Below, in pieces: positions 6,058 to 13,314 of a stretch of DNA of 13,314 nt (positions within the stretch are counted from its first letter, which is position 1; each line of letters starts with the position of its first letter). The DNA is from Nitrospinota bacterium (GTDB lineage Bacteria; Nitrospinota; Nitrospinia; Nitrospinales; VA-1): NCBI GenBank assembly GCA_038108555.1, contig JAYNIA010000051.1, forward strand, positions 5,102 through 18,415, written 5' to 3'. Below the pieces are notes generated by a model. It did not search any database and was not told the DNA's origin. It saw only the letters and a list, made by a program, of their open reading frames with translations. The translations under genes were made by a program, and so were the position numbers.

Positions 6058-8316
6058 GTGACCATCCCAACAACAATACAAAAACAACTGGCTTGCATTT
6101 TGCTATTGGTGCTGTCCAGTACAGGGATATATTTTAATTCTCTTAAAGGTTCTTTCCAGTTTGATGATGTCCCCCTGATTTCCAATCCATGGATCGAAAA
6201 TCTCGACTCTTTTAATCGTTTTGTAAAAATCACTTCTTTTGAAAACCGTCCCGTTCTCCTTTGGACCTATGCGTTAAACAATACGCTGGGAAAAAATAAA
6301 GAGTTCGGCTTCCATCTTTTTAATCTTTTGCTCCATATTGGGGTCACCCTTCTCATATTTTTTACAGTACTAAAAACAACAACACTGTTTCGGGATTCAA
6401 ATGGGGAAAGAAATAATTCAGTCGGAATAAAAAAAAGCATATGGGTTTTTCCTCTCATAACGGCATTAATTTTTTCTTTGCATCCATTAAATACCGATTC
6501 TGTTTCTTATATCTCTTCGCGTTCCTCAGTCCTCGCAACATTTTTCTATTTACTATCCCTGTACCTTTTTCTGAACTTATTTGGTTTTGAAAAAGATACT
6601 TCGATATTAAAGGGCCGTTGGTTTTTAATTCCGCTTGTTGCAATATCGATGTACTTTAGTCTTGCCACAAAATTGATTTCTGCAACACTTCCCCTCCTGT
6701 TGGGGTTCTGGTACTTCGTATTTATTTATTCAAGAAAGAACAAGGATCGACTGTGGAAAAAAAATTGGACCTACTTTTTGTATGTTCTGGTTTTTGTGTC
6801 GGCTCTTTTTGTTTTTGGAGAATCCTGGCTTTATCAGGCAAAGGACCAGGGGTTGGAACTGTATGGTCGATGGCCCTATCTCCTCATTCAAACAAAAGTA
6901 ATTGTTTTTTATTATTTAAAGCTGTTCTTTTTCCCTTTTAATTTAAGTGTTGACAGTGGAATGCCCTTCAGTTTTATCAATGGAGATCCCCTGATCTTTC
7001 TTTCTATTATAATTATCCTGGGGTTGGCAATTGCGGCGATAAGGTCAAAAAATGCATGGCTGCTTGTAGGCACAGCCTGGTTTTTTGTTACCCTTGGGCC
7101 TACATCCACCTTTATCCCCTTGAACGACCTTGCGGTGGAGCACCGAACTTATCTTCCTATAACATTGGGGTTATGCATGATCATTGGATGGGCTGTTTCC
7201 CGTCTTAATCCCCTAAAGCGTCTGGGATTTCTAACATTCATATTAATAGCGTTTAGCCTGGCAACAATTACGAGAAACTTAGATTGGGTCAGTGAAATTA
7301 GTTTATGGGGTGATGTCGCAAAAAAACATCCCACCTCCTCACGTGCCCATAACAATCTTGGTAAAGCCTATTTTGAAAAAGGGAACCTGGACCAGGCCGG
7401 ATTCCACTTTGAAAAGAGCATTGCAAATATTCCAAATTTCCTGGAAGAAAAATTCAACCTGAAAAATGTAGATGAGTTAATTCTAGAAAAAAATAATTCA
7501 TTAAATGAAAATTTAAGAATTGCTGCAGAACTTGTAGAACCTCATTACAATCTGGCCAGTATCTACCTGGATCAGGGGAACCTGGACCTTGCGGAAAAAG
7601 AATACATTAAAACCCTTTCCCTGCGACCCGGACATTCATCCGCTAAAATCGGGTTGGGGTCTGTCTACAATAAAAAAGGACTTTTCCAAAAAGCAGAGGA
7701 ACTCTACAAACAGGCGATTGAAGATGAAAGCCTGTCTAATAATGAAAAAAGTTTTCCGCTTGCACATTTGAACCTTGGGGAAGTTTATGGAAAGACGGGA
7801 AGGCTCTCCCTAGCTATAAAAGAATGGGAAATGGCCATTCAACAGGATGCCACCCTGCTACCGGCCCAATTTAATCTTGGAACCGCTTATATGATGCAGG
7901 GGAAATTGGATCGGGCGGAAAAGTACTATCAGACCTGTCTCAACCTGGACCCCAATTTCAAACCCGCTTTGTTTAATATTGCGGTGGTAAAGCAAAAGCA
8001 GATGCGCTGGAAGGAATCAATCGCCAGATTTAACGATTATATGAAAATAACCGGTCCTAATTCATCTGTGCTCACTCAAATCGGATTTAATTTTTTCCAT
8101 TTAAATGAATTAAAAAAAGCCCAGAAATTTTTTGAAAGTTCGTTAAAAATGTTACCCACGGATATCAATACCCTTATTCTTCTGGGGGATACTTATTTGG
8201 CACAGGAGCAACATCATAAAGCAGAGGAAAAATATCGTGCAGCGCTGGAATTGAATAAAGACTCCAAACTAAGGATTTTATTAAAAGAAAAAATAAACCA
8301 GGCAATAAAAATTTAG
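6058..8316 (+). CDS. TMTC-like multi-pass membrane GT-C glycosyltransferase with C-terminal TPR array (paralogue 1), 752 aa
   Basis: FQFDD after TM1, ENRP, FHLFNLLLH, HPLNTDSVSYISSRS, EHRTYLP and WVSEISLW, followed by multiple TPRs (AHNNLG, HYNLA, AHLNLG, AQFNLG). The GTG start has no clear RBS, so the start is uncertain. Confidence 0.88.
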   Translation: MTIPTTIQKQLACILLLVLSSTGIYFNSLKGSFQFDDVPLISNPWIENLDSFNRFVKITSFENRPVLLWTYALNNTLGKNKEFGFHLFNLLLHIGVTLLIFFTVLKTTTLFRDSNGERNNSVGIKKSIWVFPLITALIFSLHPLNTDSVSYISSRSSVLATFFYLLSLYLFLNLFGFEKDTSILKGRWFLIPLVAISMYFSLATKLISATLPLLLGFWYFVFIYSRKNKDRLWKKNWTYFLYVLVFVSALFVFGESWLYQAKDQGLELYGRWPYLLIQTKVIVFYYLKLFFFPFNLSVDSGMPFSFINGDPLIFLSIIIILGLAIAAIRSKNAWLLVGTAWFFVTLGPTSTFIPLNDLAVEHRTYLPITLGLCMIIGWAVSRLNPLKRLGFLTFILIAFSLATITRNLDWVSEISLWGDVAKKHPTSSRAHNNLGKAYFEKGNLDQAGFHFEKSIANIPNFLEEKFNLKNVDELILEKNNSLNENLRIAAELVEPHYNLASIYLDQGNLDLAEKEYIKTLSLRPGHSSAKIGLGSVYNKKGLFQKAEELYKQAIEDESLSNNEKSFPLAHLNLGEVYGKTGRLSLAIKEWEMAIQQDATLLPAQFNLGTAYMMQGKLDRAEKYYQTCLNLDPNFKPALFNIAVVKQKQMRWKESIARFNDYMKITGPNSSVLTQIGFNFFHLNELKKAQKFFESSLKMLPTDINTLILLGDTYLAQEQHHKAEEKYRAALELNKDSKLRILLKEKINQAIKI

Positions 8317-8321
8317 GCGCA

Positions 8322-10244
8322 ATGAGTTTATATTCATCAAATTTTAACTCGATATCATCCCAATTAAAGGCAGCTTGTTTTATTTCCTGCCTGGGTTTAA
8401 TTTTGTTTTATGGAACGCTCCAATCCCCTTTCCATTACGATGACGCCCACGCGATTGTTGAAAATCCACACATCAAAGATCTCAGCCAATTTCAGGAAAA
8501 GGTCGGTATTCAAAATATTTTCAATCGGTCTGTCTTGTTACTTTCTTTTGCCCTTAATCAGCATGTTGGCCAGCTTGAAGTATTTGGATATCACTTGGTA
8601 AATATTTTAATTCATATCCTCTGCTCTATCCTATGGTTTTTTCTTGTAAGAGAGTTTATTGACTTTGAATCTCCAAAGGCTAATAAAAATAAATTGCCTC
8701 TGATCTGTTCCGTTTTTCACTTGGTGAATCCGTTAAGCATTCAGACGGTCACCTATATTTCCAGCCGATCTTCACTGCTTGCAACCTTCTTTTTCCTGCT
8801 CGCATTTTATATTCTCATACAAATTTTAAAACCGGCACCAACTTCTGATTCAAAATTAAGGACTTCTGTTCTAGGGTTTTTCTTTTTAATTTTTTTGTTC
8901 CTTGGAATTGCCTCAAAAGAAATTGTAGCTTCCTTTCCTTTGATAGCTATTGTCTATCTTTGGTTTTCCACTCCCCTGGAAGAAAAGAATAAAATAATCC
9001 CAAAAATTGCCGGTATATTGTTTTTATTTGTTGCTTTTCTTGGCTACAGATTCTTTGTTCAGGGAAATCTTTTTTCTCTTAGAGCCGATCCCACTTCCGG
9101 TGAAATGCATCGGATCTTTTATTTGTTGAGCCAGATAAAAGTAATTTCCAGCTATTATCTTTTAAAATTACTGGCTCCCCTGAATTTAAATTTTGAACCG
9201 GATATTGTTCTTTACAATTCCTGGTTTCATTGGGATTGGGTTTTTGCCCTAATTTTTATATTGTTGTTAGGAGCCACAATTTATCGGCAGGGTTCTAAAC
9301 TTATAAAATTTGGCGCTTTATGGTTTATTATCACCCTTCTTCCTACTTCCAGTTTCATTCCCCTCAAACAACTAGCAACCGAACATCGTATCTATTTGCC
9401 CGGGTTAGGTTTTAGTCTTATTTTGGGATGGATTTTTCTAAGCATTCAAAGCCGCCAAAAAATAACCCAAATTTTGTTGGTTCTGTTTATTCTTTTGTCT
9501 TCCATTTTGACTGTGAACCGATCTCTTGATTTCCGTTCAGAAATTTCCTTATGGGAAGATACGGCACTCAAGTCACCCCGAAAGGCCCTGGTTCAAAACA
9601 ATCTTGCAACGGCATATATGGGAGCCGGAGAACTCGATAAAGCCCAGGCGGCGTTGGAGGCCGCTTTGGCGATTAAACCAATGCAAATAGATTCGCATGT
9701 TAATTTAGGACATATTGCCGGACGGAAAAAAAACTGGGAAAAGGCCATTGAAAAATTTGACCTGGGGATTGCTCTGGGCACTCAAAAAGCAGACACCTTT
9801 TATTATTCCGGTTTTGCTCGTAACAACCTTGGAAGGTTTGATGAAGCCATTCCATACTTTAAAAAAGCAATTAGCATGAAACCTTTTAAGGCTGATTATC
9901 ATTTTGATCTGGGTAACTCTTATAAAAGTTTGAACAAATTTGATGAAGCCCTGCACCATTTTCGTAAAACACTTGAAATTGACCCTCAACATTACAAAGC
10001 CCATAACAATATGGGAGCTATCTATTGGACCTTGGGGGTATTGGACCAGGCTAAACTGGAATTTGAAAAGGTGTTGCAGATAAAATCCGATATTCCCACC
10101 ATTCATAATAATCTGGCTGCGATTTATATTAAAAAAGGTGAGTTTCAAAATGCCATTTCCCACCTGGAAAAACTGATTACGATGCAACCCGAAAATATTA
10201 ATGCAAGAAAACTTCTTCTGTTTTCACGGGGTCAACTTCAATAG
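8322..10244 (+). CDS. TMTC-like GT-C glycosyltransferase with TPR array (paralogue 2), 640 aa
   Basis: FHYDD, YHLVNILIH, NPLSIQTVTYISSRS, SKE, EHRIYLP and FRSEISLWED, followed by about six TPRs. Starts 5 nt after the paralogue 1 stop. Confidence 0.9.
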   Translation: MSLYSSNFNSISSQLKAACFISCLGLILFYGTLQSPFHYDDAHAIVENPHIKDLSQFQEKVGIQNIFNRSVLLLSFALNQHVGQLEVFGYHLVNILIHILCSILWFFLVREFIDFESPKANKNKLPLICSVFHLVNPLSIQTVTYISSRSSLLATFFFLLAFYILIQILKPAPTSDSKLRTSVLGFFFLIFLFLGIASKEIVASFPLIAIVYLWFSTPLEEKNKIIPKIAGILFLFVAFLGYRFFVQGNLFSLRADPTSGEMHRIFYLLSQIKVISSYYLLKLLAPLNLNFEPDIVLYNSWFHWDWVFALIFILLLGATIYRQGSKLIKFGALWFIITLLPTSSFIPLKQLATEHRIYLPGLGFSLILGWIFLSIQSRQKITQILLVLFILLSSILTVNRSLDFRSEISLWEDTALKSPRKALVQNNLATAYMGAGELDKAQAALEAALAIKPMQIDSHVNLGHIAGRKKNWEKAIEKFDLGIALGTQKADTFYYSGFARNNLGRFDEAIPYFKKAISMKPFKADYHFDLGNSYKSLNKFDEALHHFRKTLEIDPQHYKAHNNMGAIYWTLGVLDQAKLEFEKVLQIKSDIPTIHNNLAAIYIKKGEFQNAISHLEKLITMQPENINARKLLLFSRGQLQ

Positions 10245-10252
10245 AGAATATT

Positions 10253-12055
10253 ATGAAATCTAAATTGAGTGATCCCAGGATTTCCAGATTATTCTGCTGC
10301 TTGACCCTCTCTATTTTAGGGGTCCTGGTCTATGGCAACCATTTACAAAATACATTTCAATTTGACAGCGTAGCTTATATAAAAAACAATCTTGATTTAA
10401 AAACCCCCGAGAACATGCTGACGCTTGAATTCTGGTTTTCTGAGTTTTTTTCCCGGGGACTTCTTTCCATTTCCATGGCGTTTAACGCATATCTGGATGG
10501 GCTGCGGCCATTCGGCTTTCATGTGCTAAACCTGGCACTCCATATTTTCAATTCCATCCTCGCGTTTTGCATTTTTCAAAAATCTTTGAACCATTTTCCA
10601 AATCCTCGGCAAATGGCAAAGAATAATTTGTCCATTGCCTTCTTCGCGGCGGCTGTATTTCTGGTCCACCCCATTCAAACGGAGTCCGTCATTTATATAA
10701 TCAGCCGGTCAGAAATTTTAGCCTCAACTTTTTATCTGCTTGGATTCCTTTTGTTTCAAATACTCCTGGAATCAAATAAAGGAATAAAAGTTTATAAAAG
10801 AATATTATTAGCTATTGGAATTAGTTTTCTAGTTGTGGTTGGTTTCAGTGTCAAACAAACTCTTGCGACCTTTCCCCTGATCGCACTTTTGTACTATTTA
10901 TTCATTAGCCCTAAAGATGCCCCGGCTATCCAATTTATTTTAAAGTGGAAATGGGTTATAACAACCGCCGTTTTAGTATTTTTAACCCTGCTCTTTTACA
11001 AACTTCTTACCAGCGAAACCTTTTTAATCGGCCCCTCTAATCCAGATGAAATGGTGGGTCGGGCAAAGTATATGCTCAGTCAACCCGCCGTTGTTATTTT
11101 CTATTATTTAAAAAAGTTTTTGTTCCCCATTAACTTGAACATTGATCCCGATGTGGAAGTCATTACAAAAATTTTATCTTTAGGTTTTATTTTGGGGATA
11201 GGCTCTATTGCCCTGTTGATTTATTTTTTTTGGAAGCAGGAATCCTGGCGCTATTATCTATTCTTTTTAGCCTGGTTTTTTATTGTCTTGTCTCCATCTT
11301 CATCTATTGTGACTTTGCACGATCTTGCTGCCGAGCACCGGGTTTATCTTGCTTTGCCAGGTGTAATTTTCATTGTCGTTTATGGAATAGTCCAATTTCT
11401 GAGAAATTTTAATCTCAATTCTATAATTGATGGATCTGTTTTAGGGGTTTTGGTTTTGTTCAAAATCACATTAATCCTTGGAATATTGAGCATCGACCGA
11501 AATAAAGTTTGGCGGACCGAGCTTTCTTTATGGGAAGATACCTATCAAAAGTCTCCCCAAAAACTGCGGCCCTTAATTAATCTTGCACGTGCACATAGTG
11601 TAGAAGGGAATACCATTCAAGCTATCCGATATTATGAAGAGTCTTTAACCAAAGGACCTCGGGTATTTGTTCCTCATTTTAATTTAGGCGAATTATATAT
11701 GAAGGAAGGCAGGATGGATGAGGCTTTGGCCCGATTTAAATCGGCTGTTCAACTCGATCCGGATATTCCAGAGACCTATGCCAAATTGGGGGAGATTTAT
11801 TTTGCCCAAAAAAACTGGAAACTTGCCGATGTTTACTTTAAAAAATGTATCGAAATTGACGCCCGGTTTCCGGAAGTATTTAAAAATTTAGGACTCTTGC
11901 ATTTCTACCATTTGAAAAATTTGAATGAGAGCCTTTTTTATTTTTCCCGTTCCCTGGCGCTTGCCCCCAACCAGGAAGATGCTGGTGAAATCAGGAAATT
12001 AATCCGGCTTTACCAAAAGGGAAATTTTAAATCCGTCCCTCAGAAAATTCCCTAA
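10253..12055 (+). CDS. TMTC-like GT-C glycosyltransferase with TPR array (paralogue 3, DD motif altered to DS), 600 aa
   Basis: FQFDS, FHVLNLALH, HPIQTESVIYIISRS, EHRVYL and WRTELSLWED, followed by about four TPRs. Starts 8 nt after the paralogue 2 stop. Confidence 0.88.
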   Translation: MKSKLSDPRISRLFCCLTLSILGVLVYGNHLQNTFQFDSVAYIKNNLDLKTPENMLTLEFWFSEFFSRGLLSISMAFNAYLDGLRPFGFHVLNLALHIFNSILAFCIFQKSLNHFPNPRQMAKNNLSIAFFAAAVFLVHPIQTESVIYIISRSEILASTFYLLGFLLFQILLESNKGIKVYKRILLAIGISFLVVVGFSVKQTLATFPLIALLYYLFISPKDAPAIQFILKWKWVITTAVLVFLTLLFYKLLTSETFLIGPSNPDEMVGRAKYMLSQPAVVIFYYLKKFLFPINLNIDPDVEVITKILSLGFILGIGSIALLIYFFWKQESWRYYLFFLAWFFIVLSPSSSIVTLHDLAAEHRVYLALPGVIFIVVYGIVQFLRNFNLNSIIDGSVLGVLVLFKITLILGILSIDRNKVWRTELSLWEDTYQKSPQKLRPLINLARAHSVEGNTIQAIRYYEESLTKGPRVFVPHFNLGELYMKEGRMDEALARFKSAVQLDPDIPETYAKLGEIYFAQKNWKLADVYFKKCIEIDARFPEVFKNLGLLHFYHLKNLNESLFYFSRSLALAPNQEDAGEIRKLIRLYQKGNFKSVPQKIP

Positions 12056-12095
12056 CTTTTCCCGTTAAAAATCTTTTCCCCAAGGCCGGAAAATT

Positions 12096-12125
12096 TTGCC
12101 AAACAAAATCGGGGTATGGTATATT
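12096..12125 (+). promoter_or_regulatory. Putative sigma70 promoter for tRNA-Leu
   Basis: TTGCCA at 12096-12101, an 18-bp spacer, and an extended -10 TGnTATATT at 12117-12125, 28 nt upstream of the tRNA. Confidence 0.6.
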
Positions 12126-12153
12126 TCGGTTTTGGAAAACGCCAAGATAGTGT

Positions 12154-12240
12154 GCCGGAGTGGTGAAATTGGTAGACGCACAGGATTCAAAATCCTGCGA
12201 GGGCAACCTCGTGTCGGTTCGATTCCGACCTCCGGCACCA
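12154..12240 (+). tRNA. tRNA-Leu(CAA)
   Basis: Acceptor stem GCCGGAG/CTCCGGC with discriminator A and encoded CCA. Anticodon arm CAGGA-TTCAAAA-TCCTG with CAA at 12188-12190. Long variable arm GAGG-GCAA-CCTC and T-arm GTCGG-TTCGATT-CCGAC. Length 87 nt. Confidence 0.98.
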
Positions 12241-12347
12241 TTTCCAGATTCTTCTCTTTATATTCCTAACTGCTCGCCCCTGTATAAAATTAAAGAATTG
12301 GCTTTTTTGTTTTATTTGTTATGGATTTAGGTCCGAGGAAGGGTCTT

Positions 12348-13313
12348 TTATAAATTTCTGGCGGCCACCAGCCTGAAAATTGCCTTTTCTATATCCCCTC
12401 TTCTGAGTTGCGAGGCGTTTGAATAATCTCCCGCCGTAAATTTATCCAATAGCCTTATTAGGTGGGAAAGACTATCGATCAATCGATTAAAACTGTTTCG
12501 AATTCTCCCAACTTCGTTTTTACTGCCAACAACAATTTGATCTTGAAGGATATTTCCTTTGGAAACTTCGTCCAGTTTTTCTGAAACCTCTTGTAAAGGA
12601 ATGGTAATTGCCCGAATTATCAATGAACTCAGTGCTGTTCCAAGGATAAAAAGGATTGCCAGGAATTTGTATTCGTTATTTATCATATCTACAACTTTTT
12701 GATGAGACTGGTCTGCAAGTCCTTTTACCACTTTGTTCATTGCATTTAACAATGGGATATTATTTTCAGCTATATAATTTGCTGCAGTGATAACAGTTGG
12801 AAGTCTTTCGAACACCGCTTTTACTTTTTTACAATGTAAAGAAAACTGTTCTTCAATTTCTAAAATATTTTTCCTGGAAGATTCCAGTTTTATTTTTTTT
12901 ATGTTTAGTTCTTTATCACCATTTAACAGTCCCTTCAAAATTCGCTTCCCTCTTTCAATTTTATTTAACCCGGCTAGCAAGTACTTGTCATCCCTGTAAC
13001 GGGAATAGAGGAAAATATTTTTAGTGATGCCCTCCGCTATTGCCCTCAGGGTTCCCGCTGTTACCATGGTAGCGGTATCTGTGGTTTTTCCAATCTCAAT
13101 CAATGTGGAGTTAACGTTAGTATAAAATTTTTCACTATTCTCTACGATATAGTCGAGGTTGTCATTTATTTCAGGCCAATTCTGAATCAACAATTCAACG
13201 TTAAAAATAAAAGGGACCCATATCTCCTGAATTTCATTAAAGGAATTTAAAACATCTTCTGTTTCAGTCGCCTCTAACCTTAGGTCTCTGTCTCCCTCTT
13301 CCAGACCATCCAG
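12348..13313 (-). CDS. Membrane sensor protein (5' end outside window): tandem PilJ/NarX-like extracytoplasmic helical domains, TM helix and HAMP domain, with no signalling domain
   Basis: The frame is open from the window edge (LDGLEEGDRDLRLEATETEDVLNSFNEIQEIWVPF...), so the track start at 13193 is not the true start. Repeated motifs LDGLEEGDRDL / LKGLLNGDKEL and YIVENSEKFYTNVN / YIAENNIPLLNAMN. TM segment FLAILFILGTALSSLII, then HAMP ITIPLQEVSEKLDEVSKGN...NEVGRIRNSFNRL. Confidence 0.8.
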   Translation of the reverse strand: MDGLEEGDRDLRLEATETEDVLNSFNEIQEIWVPFIFNVELLIQNWPEINDNLDYIVENSEKFYTNVNSTLIEIGKTTDTATMVTAGTLRAIAEGITKNIFLYSRYRDDKYLLAGLNKIERGKRILKGLLNGDKELNIKKIKLESSRKNILEIEEQFSLHCKKVKAVFERLPTVITAANYIAENNIPLLNAMNKVVKGLADQSHQKVVDMINNEYKFLAILFILGTALSSLIIRAITIPLQEVSEKLDEVSKGNILQDQIVVGSKNEVGRIRNSFNRLIDSLSHLIRLLDKFTAGDYSNASQLRRGDIEKAIFRLVAARNL

Positions 13314-13314
13314 G

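Noticed and set aside
9593..10187. Minus-strand ORFs of 62 and 160 aa
   Set aside because: Antisense shadows of the TPR-coding region of paralogue 2.
12018..12053. Imperfect inverted repeat AGGGAAATTTT...GAAAATTCCCT as an operon terminator
   Set aside because: It lies inside the coding end of paralogue 3, has a long loop and bulge, and is not a convincing intrinsic terminator.
12241..13314. Genomic island or prophage integrated at tRNA-Leu
   Set aside because: No integrase and no duplicated tRNA 3' end are visible within the window. This cannot be excluded beyond the edge.

Overview
AT-rich bacterial chromosomal window. No integrase, transposase or CRISPR array is evident. From left to right: a small hypothetical gene (+); then, on the minus strand, a folD-xseA-xseB-tlyA housekeeping cluster. 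In this cluster a CBS-pair gene sits in the opposite orientation between xseA and xseB, ispA/dxs are absent, and tlyA is split by a one-base frameshift in an A9 run. Next is a GAF-AAA+-HTH sigma54 activator (-). It is divergent, across an AT-rich spacer with 10-bp-phased AAATTT tracts, from an operon of three tandem TMTC-like (GT-C fold, TPR-containing) membrane glycosyltransferase genes (+). The window ends with tRNA-Leu(CAA) and the 3' part of a membrane sensor with tandem PilJ/NarX-like domains and a HAMP domain but no output domain (-). The best candidate for an uncharacterised system is the three-gene TMTC-like operon, whose paralogues differ at conserved putative catalytic motifs (DD, DD, DS). 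All family assignments come from motif recognition by eye, not database searches.
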